Shown: positions 19,213-29,421, counted from the stretch's first letter. The stretch: 55,188 nucleotides of DNA from Phycisphaerae bacterium (GCA_046753625.1 JBHHUB010000003.1:1-55188); one strand, 5' to 3'. The notes: generated from the sequence alone by a model not told the origin. Translations and numbers: made by a program.

Positions 19213-22080
19213 TTAGACCGGCGCGCGAACGCTTCCAGACGGGCGCGGTTCTGTCTTGGCGACCGCTTTGGTAGCTGTCTTGGCAGGGCTCTTGGCGGTC
19301 TTCTTCTTGACCGATTTCTTGGCCGCCGTCTTGGTGGTTTTCTTGGTCGATTTTTTCTTGGCGGATTTCTTCCGTGCCTTCGACGACGCAGATTTCTTGG
19401 CCTTGGGGGCTCGAGGGTCTTTACCCTGATCGCGAAGCTTTTGCTCGCGGGCGCTCAGCAAATCCAACGCATCTTCCAAGGAAACGGTGGCCGGGTCCTT
19501 ACCCTTGGGAATCGTGGCGTTGACCACGCCATCCGTGACGTACGGGCCGAAGCGGCCGTTCTTGACCTTGATGGCGTCTCCGCGGTCGGGATGCTTGCCC
19601 AACTCCGCCATGACGGCCGAGGTGGCTGATCGCCCGCGGCGTTTGGGTTGCTTGAAGAGTTCGATCGCCTGTTCCAGTGTGATCGTGCGCATGTGCTCGT
19701 GGTCGTTGAGACTGCGCGTATCGGTCGCACTCTTAATGTAGGGACCATACCGGCCGTCTTGAACGGTGACCATTTCGCCGGTATCCGGATGGTTGCCCAA
19801 TTCCTTGGGGAACGAAAGCAGCAAGAGGGCGTCGTCCAAACTGAGCGATTCCATGGTCATGCTCGGCCACAAGCTCGCTCGCTTGGGTTCGGTGCCTTTC
19901 TTGATGGTCCCCTTGGGGGTGAGTTCCGGGTCACCCAGCTGAACGTAAGGCCCGAATCGTCCGGTCTTGAGGTAGACGGGCTGTCCGGTGGCCGGGTCAT
20001 CGCCGAGCACCTTGTCACCTTGGGCTGCCTGCTCGATCAGTTCCATGGCTTTTTCGACGGTCAGCGCGTCCGGGGGAATGTCTTCGGGTACGCTGGCGCG
20101 TTGATCGCCGTCGCCACATTGCAGATAGGGTCCGTACCGACCTACGCGTACGACGATTTCGCTGCCGTCTTCGCAGGTGCCGATCGGGATGCACGATACC
20201 GCTCGGGCGTCGATGTCCTCGCCGCTGGTGGCGACCAGAGCCTTGAGTCCGACGCTGGCGACGCTTCCCTCGCAACCGTTTCCGTTGGTCTTGCCGAAGT
20301 AGAATCGTTCGAGCCAGGGCTCGGATTCCTGCTGACCCTTGGCGATAGCGTCGAGATCGTCCTCCATTTTGGCCGTGAAATCGTAGTCGACCAGGCTGGA
20401 AAGATGACGCGTAAGCAGATTGATTACGGCAAAGGCGGTGAACGTCGGGACCAGGGCGGTCGCTTTTCGCCAGACATAACCGCGGTCTTGAATCGTCTGG
20501 ATGATCGAAGCGTAGGTCGACGGTCGGCCGATGCCCCGATCTTCGAGTTCCTTGATCAGGCTGGCTTCGGTAAACCGCGCGGGCGGCTGGGTCACATGCC
20601 GGCTGCCCTCCACGGTGATCGGGTCGAGTTGCTGACCTTCCGTGAGCGGGGGCAGCAGCTTTTCCTGATCTTCCAGTTCGGCGTCGGGGTCATCGGAACC
20701 CTCCACGTACGCGCGGAGGAATCCGGGGAATTTGATCACCTTTCCCGAAGTCGAGAAGGTGGCGGTTCCGTATGGGCCGGCCGATGCCTGAATCTTGACA
20801 CTGGTGCGCATGCCTCTGGCATCATTCATCTGCGAAGCCACCGTGCGCTTCCAGATGAGCTCGTACAGACGAAATGCGTCGGTGTCGAGCTGGCCTTCAA
20901 GGCTTTTTGGAGTCTGGCATTCATCTCCGGCCGGGCGAATCGCCTCGTGTGCCTCCTGGGCGTTTTTGGATTTTTTCTTATACATGCGCGGGTGTTCGGG
21001 CAGGTACTCGTCTCCGTAAAGGCTTCTGACGCGATCCCGTGCCGCCTCGATCGCCTGAGTGGAGAGATTCGTCGAGTCGGTACGCATGTACGTGATGAAG
21101 CCGTTTTCGTAAAGGCTCTGCGCGACGCGCATGGTGCGCTGTGCACCGAATCTGAGTTTTCTTGCGGCCTCTTGTTGGAGGGTCGAAGTAATAAACGGAG
21201 GGTAAGGCCGCGTTGTAAAGGGTTTTTCGACAATGTTGCTTACGGTAAACGGCTCACGCCGCAGCCGCTCGGCGATGTCCGTCGCCTTGGAGCCGTCGAG
21301 CAGGGCAAGCTCGCGGCCTTCCACGAGCTTGCCGGTGTCCGAATCGAAATCCTTGCCGGTTGCCAGACGCTTGCCGTCCAGTTCGATCAAGCGCACGTCG
21401 AGCGACGCGGGCTGTTGCGTTCGCTCTTTCAGTTGGGCGTCGACGTCCCAATACTCCGCCTCGGTGAAGGCGATGCGCGCTCGCTCCCGTTCCACAACCA
21501 ATCGCGTCGCCACGGATTGCACGCGACCGGCCGACAACTTCGGCCCGACCTTCCGCCAGAGCACCGGGGAAACTTCGTAGCCGAAGAGGCGATCGAGAAT
21601 GCGCCGCGTTTCCTGCGCGCTGACCAGTCGTTCGTCGATATCTCTAGTGGTATCGGCCGCTGCCGTGATCGCAGCTTTGGTGATCTCATCGAACACCATC
21701 CGCCGTACGGGGCACTTGGGCTTGAGAACCTCCACCAAGTGCCAGGCGATGGCTTCGCCCTCGCGATCCTCGTCCGTAGCGAGGTATACGGCGGACGCGC
21801 CCTTCAATTGCGCCTTGAGTTTGGTTACTTGAGCCTTCTTGCTCGCCGGTATGATGTAGACCGGCTTGAATCCGTGATCCACGTCCACGCCGAGACGCGA
21901 CCACGCCTCCTTCTTCAGCGCCGCGGGGATCTCGGCCGCCCGCGACGGCAAATCGCGGATGTGGCCGATCGACGACTCCACTACGAACCCTCTACCCAGG
22001 TACTTCGATATGGTGCGCGCTTTCGACGGGGATTCGACGACTACGAGGATGGTCCCATTCTTGGTGTTCGGTGAACCCAT
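19213..22080 (-). CDS. topA: DNA topoisomerase I (type IA) with C-terminal repeats and Lys-rich tail
   Basis: VVESPSKA, ATDEDREGEAI, SAGRVQS, ITYMRTDS, AHEAIRP, GIGRPSTY; repeated GRY/FGPY motifs. Confidence 0.97.
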   Translation of the reverse strand: MGSPNTKNGTILVVVESPSKARTISKYLGRGFVVESSIGHIRDLPSRAAEIPAALKKEAWSRLGVDVDHGFKPVYIIPASKKAQVTKLKAQLKGASAVYLATDEDREGEAIAWHLVEVLKPKCPVRRMVFDEITKAAITAAADTTRDIDERLVSAQETRRILDRLFGYEVSPVLWRKVGPKLSAGRVQSVATRLVVERERARIAFTEAEYWDVDAQLKERTQQPASLDVRLIELDGKRLATGKDFDSDTGKLVEGRELALLDGSKATDIAERLRREPFTVSNIVEKPFTTRPYPPFITSTLQQEAARKLRFGAQRTMRVAQSLYENGFITYMRTDSTNLSTQAIEAARDRVRSLYGDEYLPEHPRMYKKKSKNAQEAHEAIRPAGDECQTPKSLEGQLDTDAFRLYELIWKRTVASQMNDARGMRTSVKIQASAGPYGTATFSTSGKVIKFPGFLRAYVEGSDDPDAELEDQEKLLPPLTEGQQLDPITVEGSRHVTQPPARFTEASLIKELEDRGIGRPSTYASIIQTIQDRGYVWRKATALVPTFTAFAVINLLTRHLSSLVDYDFTAKMEDDLDAIAKGQQESEPWLERFYFGKTNGNGCEGSVASVGLKALVATSGEDIDARAVSCIPIGTCEDGSEIVVRVGRYGPYLQCGDGDQRASVPEDIPPDALTVEKAMELIEQAAQGDKVLGDDPATGQPVYLKTGRFGPYVQLGDPELTPKGTIKKGTEPKRASLWPSMTMESLSLDDALLLLSFPKELGNHPDTGEMVTVQDGRYGPYIKSATDTRSLNDHEHMRTITLEQAIELFKQPKRRGRSATSAVMAELGKHPDRGDAIKVKNGRFGPYVTDGVVNATIPKGKDPATVSLEDALDLLSAREQKLRDQGKDPRAPKAKKSASSKARKKSAKKKSTKKTTKTAAKKSVKKKTAKSPAKTATKAVAKTEPRPSGSVRAPV

Positions 22081-22515
22081 TAGCAATGTCTCCGGACGCG
22101 GACGCCCACGGCCTGTCCAGCAAATCCCGTGGTTCGGGCTGCCGTGAATGAATCGGCCAGGACTCGCGCGCCCGGTCTTGAGGCACGACTCCGACCTGTA
22201 ATCCCGTATCCTTTTTGATCTAAATAGTTTGCGCCATCACCGGTCCATGTTGTGGTCCCTGCCGGAGCCCGCGCGGCCCATTCCACCGGGCAAACTCGGT
22301 CAGTCTTATCGACCGGTACGGCCCCGGGCTCCACCGCATCATTGTAGGCGCGTTATCGGGTCAAATTGGGGGATTTAGCAGGACTTTCGCGGAATGTCAA
22401 ACCGATGACGGCTTGTTAAATCCGATGAAGACTGATATGGTACCGCGGTCGGCATGGGCGGTTCTGTCGGCCCGTTTTGACTATAACCTATTGTTTCGGA
22501 TGGATTTACACACCA

Positions 22516-24399
22516 ATGATTAAGTTCCTGCGGAAACACAACAAGAAGTTGCTGGCGGTCAGCCTGGTGTTTTTGATGATCGTGTTCATCGGAGGCAGCG
22601 CGTTGCAGAACCTGATGTCTCCGAAATTCAACCCGGTCTTGGGTCGGAGCGACCTCGGCAAGGTTACGCAGGCCGATATAAACGTCGCGAAGACGACGAC
22701 GGGTATTCTCGAGCTGCTCGGCTACCAGTGGCAGTACCCGCTCGGCGCGCTGGCTAAGCCGCTTTCCGAGTTGGATTGGGTGTTGCTGAGCCGGGAAGTC
22801 GAGCGGCTGGGGATGACCCAACCCATTGAAGCCGCTCGCGCCTCCTTAGCCAAGGTCCGCACCGACGATCAGATTGAAATGCTCTGCCGCAAAAGGCGGC
22901 TCCAACCCGATCGCGTGTTCGCCGCCTTGGCCGAGTTGCTCTCGATCTCGCAGACCGCCCGGTCCCTGATCATGTCGGTCCCGCCCAGTGAGGCGGAGCT
23001 GCGCACCGCTGCGTTTAACGCATTGGACAAGATCAGTGTGAACGCGGTCGTCTTGCCGGGACGCGCCTTTATTGATGACAACGCCCCGGTTTCCGAGGAC
23101 CAGCTAGCGGAGTTGTTCGAGAAGTACCGCGAGACCCAGCCCGGTCGGGGGCTCAATTTCGGCTATTTCGTACCGCCGGCTGTGAAGCTGCAATACATCA
23201 AAATTGACCGGGACAAGATCGCCCAGGCCATCGGAATCCCCAACTTGCAGCGTGAAGCGCGCAAGTATTACGACAAGAACAAGGCGGTGCGGTTCAAACG
23301 CATGCCTCAGCCGACCGCGCCGGATGAGGCACCGGCCGAGCCGCAGTCGGAGTTTCTTACCTGGGACGAGGCCAAGGAGGACGCGATCCGTGAAATCCGA
23401 AATCAACGAGCCGAGAACGTGGTCAATCGGATTGTCGCCTGGCTGATCGATTTCTCGACCGAGCCGTTCGTGGAAGTGGAGCGCGGTAAGGACGGCTACA
23501 AGGTGGCTCCGGAGGCGATTCGCAACAGCGGCTACTACGACGAGATCGTGGAGCAGATTCCCGAGAAGCTCCGTTTTCCTGGTGCGATCACGGTGGGCCA
23601 GACGGAGTACTTCCTGCAGCGTGACGCCGGAAGCATTCCGGAACTCGGCGGTACCTACGCCCGCGACGGACAAAACAACTGGTTGGGCGTACTGGGAACT
23701 GTGGTGTTTAGGAACAGATCGATCGTTCCCAAGGTGTACGATGTCCCCGGGGCCAGAACGGACGAGTACGTCTCGCTGCATCAGACCGCTTACTATCCGC
23801 TTTCCGACAACTACGGCAACAAATTCATCTGGCGCGTCGTGGACGTCCGACCGGCCCATGCGGCCGAAAACATCGAAGAGGTGCGCGAGCAGCTCACCAA
23901 GGACGCCAAGCTGAAGAGCGGGTTCGAGGATGCGTTGAACTACGCCAAGACGCTTTCGTTCTCCGCGGCGGACAGCAACCTGAAGGAGGCGTTCGAAAAC
24001 GATGCGGATTTGCAGGAGATCGTCGGCAGTGCCGCCGGCGGCAGCATCCACTATACCGAGCCCGAACCGTTCGCCCGCGCCAGCAGCGCGAGCCTGGGGC
24101 GTACGCCCGATGGCCTGCGCGTCAGCTTTGGGACCATCAGCAATGAGGATGTCGACCGGTGTTTCGCCATGGAGCAGACCGGCGAGCGAGCCATTGTGAT
24201 TACGATGCGGGGGTCCGCGACGGTCGCGGTTGTGGAGTTTGTCGAGCGGATTCCCGGTCGTGAGGATGAGTACGCATCGATGCGGTCGACGCTGCGGAAC
24301 GAACTGGTGAGCCGACGCACCCGCGAGGCGATTGGAGGCTGGTTCGATAGCGAGCAGATTCAGGCGCGAACCGGCTACAAACGCAAAGGTGCCCAGTAA
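22516..24399 (+). CDS. PpiD/SurA-N-like membrane-anchored periplasmic chaperone (putative)
   Basis: MIKFLRKHNKKLLAV..TM anchor; PSEAEL, VSEDQLAELFEKY, VKLQYI, LTWDEAKEDAI, IEEVREQL resemble PpiD-family segments. Confidence 0.6.
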   Translation: MIKFLRKHNKKLLAVSLVFLMIVFIGGSALQNLMSPKFNPVLGRSDLGKVTQADINVAKTTTGILELLGYQWQYPLGALAKPLSELDWVLLSREVERLGMTQPIEAARASLAKVRTDDQIEMLCRKRRLQPDRVFAALAELLSISQTARSLIMSVPPSEAELRTAAFNALDKISVNAVVLPGRAFIDDNAPVSEDQLAELFEKYRETQPGRGLNFGYFVPPAVKLQYIKIDRDKIAQAIGIPNLQREARKYYDKNKAVRFKRMPQPTAPDEAPAEPQSEFLTWDEAKEDAIREIRNQRAENVVNRIVAWLIDFSTEPFVEVERGKDGYKVAPEAIRNSGYYDEIVEQIPEKLRFPGAITVGQTEYFLQRDAGSIPELGGTYARDGQNNWLGVLGTVVFRNRSIVPKVYDVPGARTDEYVSLHQTAYYPLSDNYGNKFIWRVVDVRPAHAAENIEEVREQLTKDAKLKSGFEDALNYAKTLSFSAADSNLKEAFENDADLQEIVGSAAGGSIHYTEPEPFARASSASLGRTPDGLRVSFGTISNEDVDRCFAMEQTGERAIVITMRGSATVAVVEFVERIPGREDEYASMRSTLRNELVSRRTREAIGGWFDSEQIQARTGYKRKGAQ

Positions 24400-24579
24400 A
24401 CGTCGGATCGCCGGGCCGCCTGCCTGAACGTGGCTGAGGCGCGGAGCAGGCCGCCGTCTTTTCGCAGCGGCGATGCGTTAGAGGGAGTGCAGATCACCGA
24501 CAGGCTCGTGTCTGCTCCAGACAAAAAAAAGCAAATGTTCCATTTGCCTTCGCTGGTATTCGGTCCTAACAATAGTCAG

Positions 24580-24912
24580 CGCGGGAGCATTATTCATACC
24601 TCGTTACTCTCCCGCAGCAGCCGGTGGCCACGCCGTTGTGGCCCGTCCAACGCTGTTCGGAAAGGACGCACGCTTTATCATACAAGGCCGCGCTGATGGG
24701 GTGATCCTGTTGGGCGACCCGTCGCGATGAAGCCGGCCACCGTAAGGCTGTGCCGGGGTCATCAGCGCGGTTGCCAACGTGGGGCCCCCGTTGCACCAAG
24801 CCAAGATGGTCTCCCTCTCCCCCCGATCGCGTCGCGTACTTCCCTGAGCGACGCGGACAACCCCAGCGCCGCATTCGTTTGCCTCACAAGCGAATGCGGC
24901 GCGGCCCTTTTT
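24580..24912 (+). ncRNA. Candidate structured ncRNA of unknown family
   Basis: Seven consecutive stems in a non-coding gap between convergent genes, ending in a long hairpin and T5. Confidence 0.45.
24866..24912 (+). terminator. Intrinsic terminator-like hairpin
   Basis: gcgccgcattcg / cgaatgcggcgc (12 bp perfect) followed by ggcccTTTTT. Confidence 0.65.
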
Positions 24913-25026
24913 ACGGGCGCGGATCCTTTCTTACAGAATCAGACGATTGATCGTGGGTCTGGGCGTGATGGCCACCCAAGCGGCGCGGCCCGTGGCATGT
25001 GGACGCACGAGTGGTACGAAGACTTT

Positions 25027-25120
25027 GAGCCCACGGCTCGGATGGGGGGTAAGCTGCCTCGGGAGGCCACGTGGGCTTCAAGCCCGCGGCTCGGGGGCCG
25101 CGCGGAGCCCGCGGCTCAGG
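25027..25120 (+). repeat. REP family A cluster (one full palindrome plus half-copies)
   Basis: cgggaggccacgtgggcttcaagcccgcggctcggggg (25060-25097); half-copies agcccacggctcgg (25028) and agcccgcggctcagg (25106). Confidence 0.8.
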
Positions 25121-25196
25121 CGCGGAGCGGATCGCGAACGGGAGGCTGATCACGGTGGCCCGGCGTGGCGAAGGCGCCGTGTGGCAAAGCACCGGG

Positions 25197-26471
25197 TTAC
25201 GATGGCGCGGCGTTGCCGTTGGGTTCATCGCCGTCGAGTGCGGTGTCGGGAGATCTTTCTTCGGCGGGCGCGGTGCCGGCGGATTCTACTTCATCGGGCG
25301 CGTCGTCGGGGTTTCTGAAGAGCGCGATGCTGGCGGTGAATCCGTGCACGAAGTTCTTGCCTCCTACGGGTCCGAACTCACCGCCGCAAAACGCCCCGGC
25401 CACCGGGACGTCGCCGACTTCCTCCGTGAGCGCTCGGGCGTCGTGATTGGGGTAGGGCCACATGTTGGTGCCGCGGCCGTTGCATCCAAAGATCAAGGCG
25501 CCTCGGTAGTGGCGATCGGCGATGGCACCGAGCAGATTCCTCAGATCCTCGTCGGCGCTGGCCGCGTCTCGAACGTGAAACTGGACGGTCGTGCCGGTGC
25601 GTACGTATCCCTGGACGCCGACGGCTCCGCTGCGCCGATCCACGCCAACGATGTTTTGAACCAGGAAGTCGCCTCGGCCGAAACGCCGCAAGTGTTCGTC
25701 GATGACGCGCCCGACGAAGAGCGACTCGCGGGCGAGTTTTTCATCCTCGTCCGGCAGGTTGATCAGAACCTGATGCAGTTGCTCCAAGACCGGCTTGCCG
25801 CCGAGTTCGTAGATGACGTTGCGGTCACCCCGGGTGATGACGAAGGATTTGCCGATGGGCCGACAGCCTTGCGAAACCACCGTATCCACCTCGAAAGCGC
25901 CGGTCAGCGAGACGCCGACAATCCCTTCGCGGGAAATTTCACCGTTGAGGATCAAGCGGTTCTGTCGCGGGGCGTGGCCGGCGCTCGCCACGCCGCCGGC
26001 GAGACGGGCTTTGGGGCAAAACCGATTGGTCTTTTCCACGAAGTCCTGAATGTCAATGCGAAATGGATCGCCCAGAGCCAGGAAGAATGGATGATTCTCG
26101 GGCGATACGCCGACCAGATGCTCCCAGTCGAACGGGGTGTTGGCGGCTGCGAGCTGCTGTTGGCGTAGGTGAAACGGGCGGATTTCGACGCCCGGCATCG
26201 ATCCGACAAGCAACGACATGGACGGCGCCCGCTCGATCTCGCGACCGACGCCGATCGTCGCTTCGGTCGTGCATCCCAGTAGGACCGCTCCGGGAAAGGT
26301 TTCACCGATCCGCTCGACCACATCACCGAGCTCGTCCTCAAAATGGGCGGTGCTGAAGAGCACGCCCAGATCCACCATGCCCGCTGTAATGGCACGATCA
26401 ATCGAGTCGAGAAGTTCCTGTACGGCTTGCTCGGCCGTGCGGGCTGCTGAAATGGAGGAGGCAAATCGCAT
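25197..26471 (-). CDS. FIST N/C signal-sensing domain protein
   Basis: LLGCTTE, LAGGVASAG, VSQGCRPIG, FHVRDA, FGCNGRG, GAFCGGEFGPVG, HGFTAS. Confidence 0.92.
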   Translation of the reverse strand: MRFASSISAARTAEQAVQELLDSIDRAITAGMVDLGVLFSTAHFEDELGDVVERIGETFPGAVLLGCTTEATIGVGREIERAPSMSLLVGSMPGVEIRPFHLRQQQLAAANTPFDWEHLVGVSPENHPFFLALGDPFRIDIQDFVEKTNRFCPKARLAGGVASAGHAPRQNRLILNGEISREGIVGVSLTGAFEVDTVVSQGCRPIGKSFVITRGDRNVIYELGGKPVLEQLHQVLINLPDEDEKLARESLFVGRVIDEHLRRFGRGDFLVQNIVGVDRRSGAVGVQGYVRTGTTVQFHVRDAASADEDLRNLLGAIADRHYRGALIFGCNGRGTNMWPYPNHDARALTEEVGDVPVAGAFCGGEFGPVGGKNFVHGFTASIALFRNPDDAPDEVESAGTAPAEERSPDTALDGDEPNGNAAPS

Positions 26472-26664
26472 GTTAGGGTCTTGGCCGCCAACCGTTGGTC
26501 GTCAGGTCAAGCTCTCGACCTTTTCCAAGGAAGAGAATAGAGGACCGCTACTGAAGTACGTGGGGCCACCAGGTTATTCCCACCCCCACGCGCAATCAGG
26601 TCGAAGTCCGAGTATACGCCTTTTGCCTGCCACGACGCCAGACCACCGGGTTCGACAATTTCGT

Positions 26665-26692
26665 GGAACCTTTCGCCGCATGGCGGTTCTAA
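26665..26692 (+). promoter_or_regulatory. ECF (sigmaE-like) promoter of the DUF4139 gene
   Basis: GGAACCT-16 nt-TCTAA. Confidence 0.55.
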
Positions 26693-26759
26693 TAAGATGC
26701 CGGGACAAATGTTTATCTTAGTGTCGTCGCTGTCCGGCGGCCAAATGGGAGGATTCGCC

Positions 26760-28334
26760 ATGATGATGTCGGCCAACGTAGACCGCCGCCCCTTCTGCTC
26801 ATGCTGCTTGTTTGCTGTAGTCGTGCTCGTTGCGGCGACCGCCGTATCGGCACGCGAGGGCGATTCCACCGCGCTGACCATCTACAGCAGCGCCACGCCC
26901 GGCGCGGTCTCTCCGGAGCTGTATCGTCCCATTCCCGGCGGACGCAACGTCACACCCAATTACGCCCAGATGATTCCCGGCTACGCCATCATCAAGCAAG
27001 AGCGGGATCTGATGCTCGACGGGGAACGCTCCACGATCCGCTTCACCGATGTGGCCGCCTACATCGAGCCGACTACGGTGGGCTTTACCTCGCTGACCGA
27101 TCCGACCGGTACGCAGGTGATCGAGCAGAGCTACGAATTCGATCTCGTTAGTACGGAGAAGCTGCTTCAAAAGTTCTTGGGCAAGCCGATTACCGTCGTG
27201 CAAGCGCGCGGCGACGGCGTCGAAACCCAGTCCGGGAGGCTGCTCAGCGCCGACGGCGGCATCGTGTTGCAAAACGCCGATGGCGGCGTGCAGATCATCC
27301 GCAGCTACACCGACGTGCGGCTGCCGGAATTGCCCGGCGGGTTGATCATCAAGCCGACGTTGGTTTGGGACGTGCTCGCGAAAAAGCCCGGCAAGCAGCG
27401 CGTGCGCGTGACCTACGAAACCAAGGCCATGACCTGGTGGGCCGATTACAACGTGGTCTTCTCCGAAGGTAAGAACGCCAACAGCGGCCTGCTGGATATC
27501 GGCGCGTGGGTTACGATCATCAACAAGTCCGGTGCGACGTACCCGGACGCCCGGCTCAAGCTCATCGCCGGCGACGTCCACCGCGCCCCGCAACCCCAAC
27601 CGCAGTATAAAGCCCGGCGGCGGATGGAAACCTTCGCCATGGCCGATGCGGCGGGCGTGGCCGGGTTCCAGGAAAAAACCTTTTTCGAATTCCACCTCTA
27701 CACGTTGGGCCGACCGACCACCCTGCCGGATAATGCCACGAGGCAGATCGAACTGTTTCCCACGGCCCGCCAAGTGCCCTGCGAGAAGGTGATGGTTTAC
27801 TACGGTCTGCCCGGCGCCTATCGCGGGTTTTTCTCGACGCCGCGAACCGATCGCAACTTCGGCGTTCAATCCAACAAGAAAGTCGACATTTACTTGCGCT
27901 TCAAGAACGAAAAGGACATCGGCATGGGCATGCCGCTGCCCTCAGGCCGGATTCGCGTAAGTAAGCGTGACGAGGCCGACGGCACGCTCGAATTCATCGG
28001 CGAAGACACCATCGACCACACGCCCAAGAAGGAAGAGGTACTCATCAAGCTCGGCAGCGCGTTCGACGTTGTGGGCGAGCGCAAGCAAGTCGATTTCAGC
28101 GTCGACAATCGCCGCGACACGATGACCGAAACCATCGAAATCAAGCTCCGCAATCACAAGGACGAAGCCGTCAAGGTGATCGTCAAGGAAAACCTATACC
28201 GCTGGACGAATTGGAAGATCACCGAGTCCACAAAGCGGCAGAACAAGATTGACTCGCGGACCATCCACTTTCCGGTGGAGGTTCCTGCCGATGGCGAGGT
28301 GACGATCAAGTACACCGTCCGCTACACCTGGTAG
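26760..28334 (+). CDS. DUF4139/DUF4140-family exported protein
   Basis: Signal peptide; ALTIYS, EQSYEFDL, WWADY, LIAGDV, EFHLYTL, GMPLPSGRIRV, FIGEDTIDHTPK; GGAGG RBS upstream. Confidence 0.88.
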   Translation: MMMSANVDRRPFCSCCLFAVVVLVAATAVSAREGDSTALTIYSSATPGAVSPELYRPIPGGRNVTPNYAQMIPGYAIIKQERDLMLDGERSTIRFTDVAAYIEPTTVGFTSLTDPTGTQVIEQSYEFDLVSTEKLLQKFLGKPITVVQARGDGVETQSGRLLSADGGIVLQNADGGVQIIRSYTDVRLPELPGGLIIKPTLVWDVLAKKPGKQRVRVTYETKAMTWWADYNVVFSEGKNANSGLLDIGAWVTIINKSGATYPDARLKLIAGDVHRAPQPQPQYKARRRMETFAMADAAGVAGFQEKTFFEFHLYTLGRPTTLPDNATRQIELFPTARQVPCEKVMVYYGLPGAYRGFFSTPRTDRNFGVQSNKKVDIYLRFKNEKDIGMGMPLPSGRIRVSKRDEADGTLEFIGEDTIDHTPKKEEVLIKLGSAFDVVGERKQVDFSVDNRRDTMTETIEIKLRNHKDEAVKVIVKENLYRWTNWKITESTKRQNKIDSRTIHFPVEVPADGEVTIKYTVRYTW

Positions 28335-28341
28335 CGGCGCG

Positions 28342-29061
28342 TTACCCGACCGGCTTGGCACTCTTGATGAAGGCCTTGATCGCGTCGGCTGATTTCGCCA
28401 TGGCGGCGCTGGGACCGATGGCTTTGACGAAGTGCGGGCCATTGGCGTGCTTGACAATTGCGTTGATCATGCGCCGGCCGGACGCCGCCGCGCCGCCACT
28501 CATGCCCGCGCTGATCGTGCCTTCAAGATCGACCAGAATCACCTGAACCGCCCCGAGGTTGATGTTCTCGATCCTGGCGTCCGCGCGGGTCATCGGGCTG
28601 CCATCCGGTTTTTTGACCTGAGACACCCATCGCTTGATGTTGAAGTCGTCCATGCCCTCGCGACCGCGCATGTTGGGGTAGTGGGTTACCCGCACGGTGC
28701 AGCCCGCGCCATCGCCGGTCAACTTGTACGAGGCTTTCGCCGCCAGCGGCCCGGGTTCGACCACCTGCGGCACCCAACCGGCGGGCACCGTAAACGAAAT
28801 GCCCCCGTGCGTAAGCACGTTGCCCTTCGCGCCGGCGGCGGCCGCCGGGGCGCTGGGTGGCGCAGATGCGGGCGCCTTGGTCGCGGCCACGGCTTTCGCC
28901 GAGGTCGCGGCCGCATGGCTGGCGGCAGGCGAGGCAGGTTTCGCCGGCTTGGGCGGCTGCTGTTCTTCCTGACACCCGCTCCCCATCCCGACAACCATTG
29001 CCGCCAGGCAACTCCAACGAACCAGAATTGTGATCTTCATCGGCCTGTGCTCCATCACCAT
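28342..29061 (-). CDS. Putative lipoprotein with Ala/Pro linker
   Basis: Signal ending VVGMGSG-C; FTVPAGW, NIKRWVSQV, HFVKAIGP. Confidence 0.72.
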   Translation of the reverse strand: MVMEHRPMKITILVRWSCLAAMVVGMGSGCQEEQQPPKPAKPASPAASHAAATSAKAVAATKAPASAPPSAPAAAAGAKGNVLTHGGISFTVPAGWVPQVVEPGPLAAKASYKLTGDGAGCTVRVTHYPNMRGREGMDDFNIKRWVSQVKKPDGSPMTRADARIENINLGAVQVILVDLEGTISAGMSGGAAASGRRMINAIVKHANGPHFVKAIGPSAAMAKSADAIKAFIKSAKPVG

Positions 29062-29421
29062 TGATCATGCCAAGTGGCCGGATACGTCCGACCCGGCACA
29101 TGGCCGGATTGTATCGTCGATTGCCGAAGCCGCGAACCAGCGGCATGGTTCATCCCCGAGGGCGAGGGTGTGGCGGGCGGAGCATGACGGCATGGGCGCC
29201 GGTGAGTCTGCGTCGGCGTACTCATCCCGTCACGACGGTTTCGGACCGGGTGTATGGCACTTGTAGATGATGAAGCGCTGTTCTTTTCTGCAGCCCTTCA
29301 GGTTGCGGGAAAGGAGGGCGCGTGCGCAATTGCCTGAAGTGTCATCCGCCATGCCACATTCGCTGGTCACAGGTGCCTCTGCCTGTGCCCAGGGCCTGTG
29401 CTCGCGTGCCCGATGCCGATT

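Noticed and set aside
19648-22074. 808-aa + strand ORF
   Set aside because: Antisense shadow of topA.
22266-22278. Isolated 13-mer matching the REP family A arm (also at 48827-48839)
   Set aside because: Too short and GC-rich to call as a copy; no partner arm of the family is present.
24690-24780. Hammerhead (CTGATGA) or T-box (TGGCAACCGCG) on the minus strand
   Set aside because: No correctly placed GAAA core; the T-box spacing is wrong and no stem I is visible.
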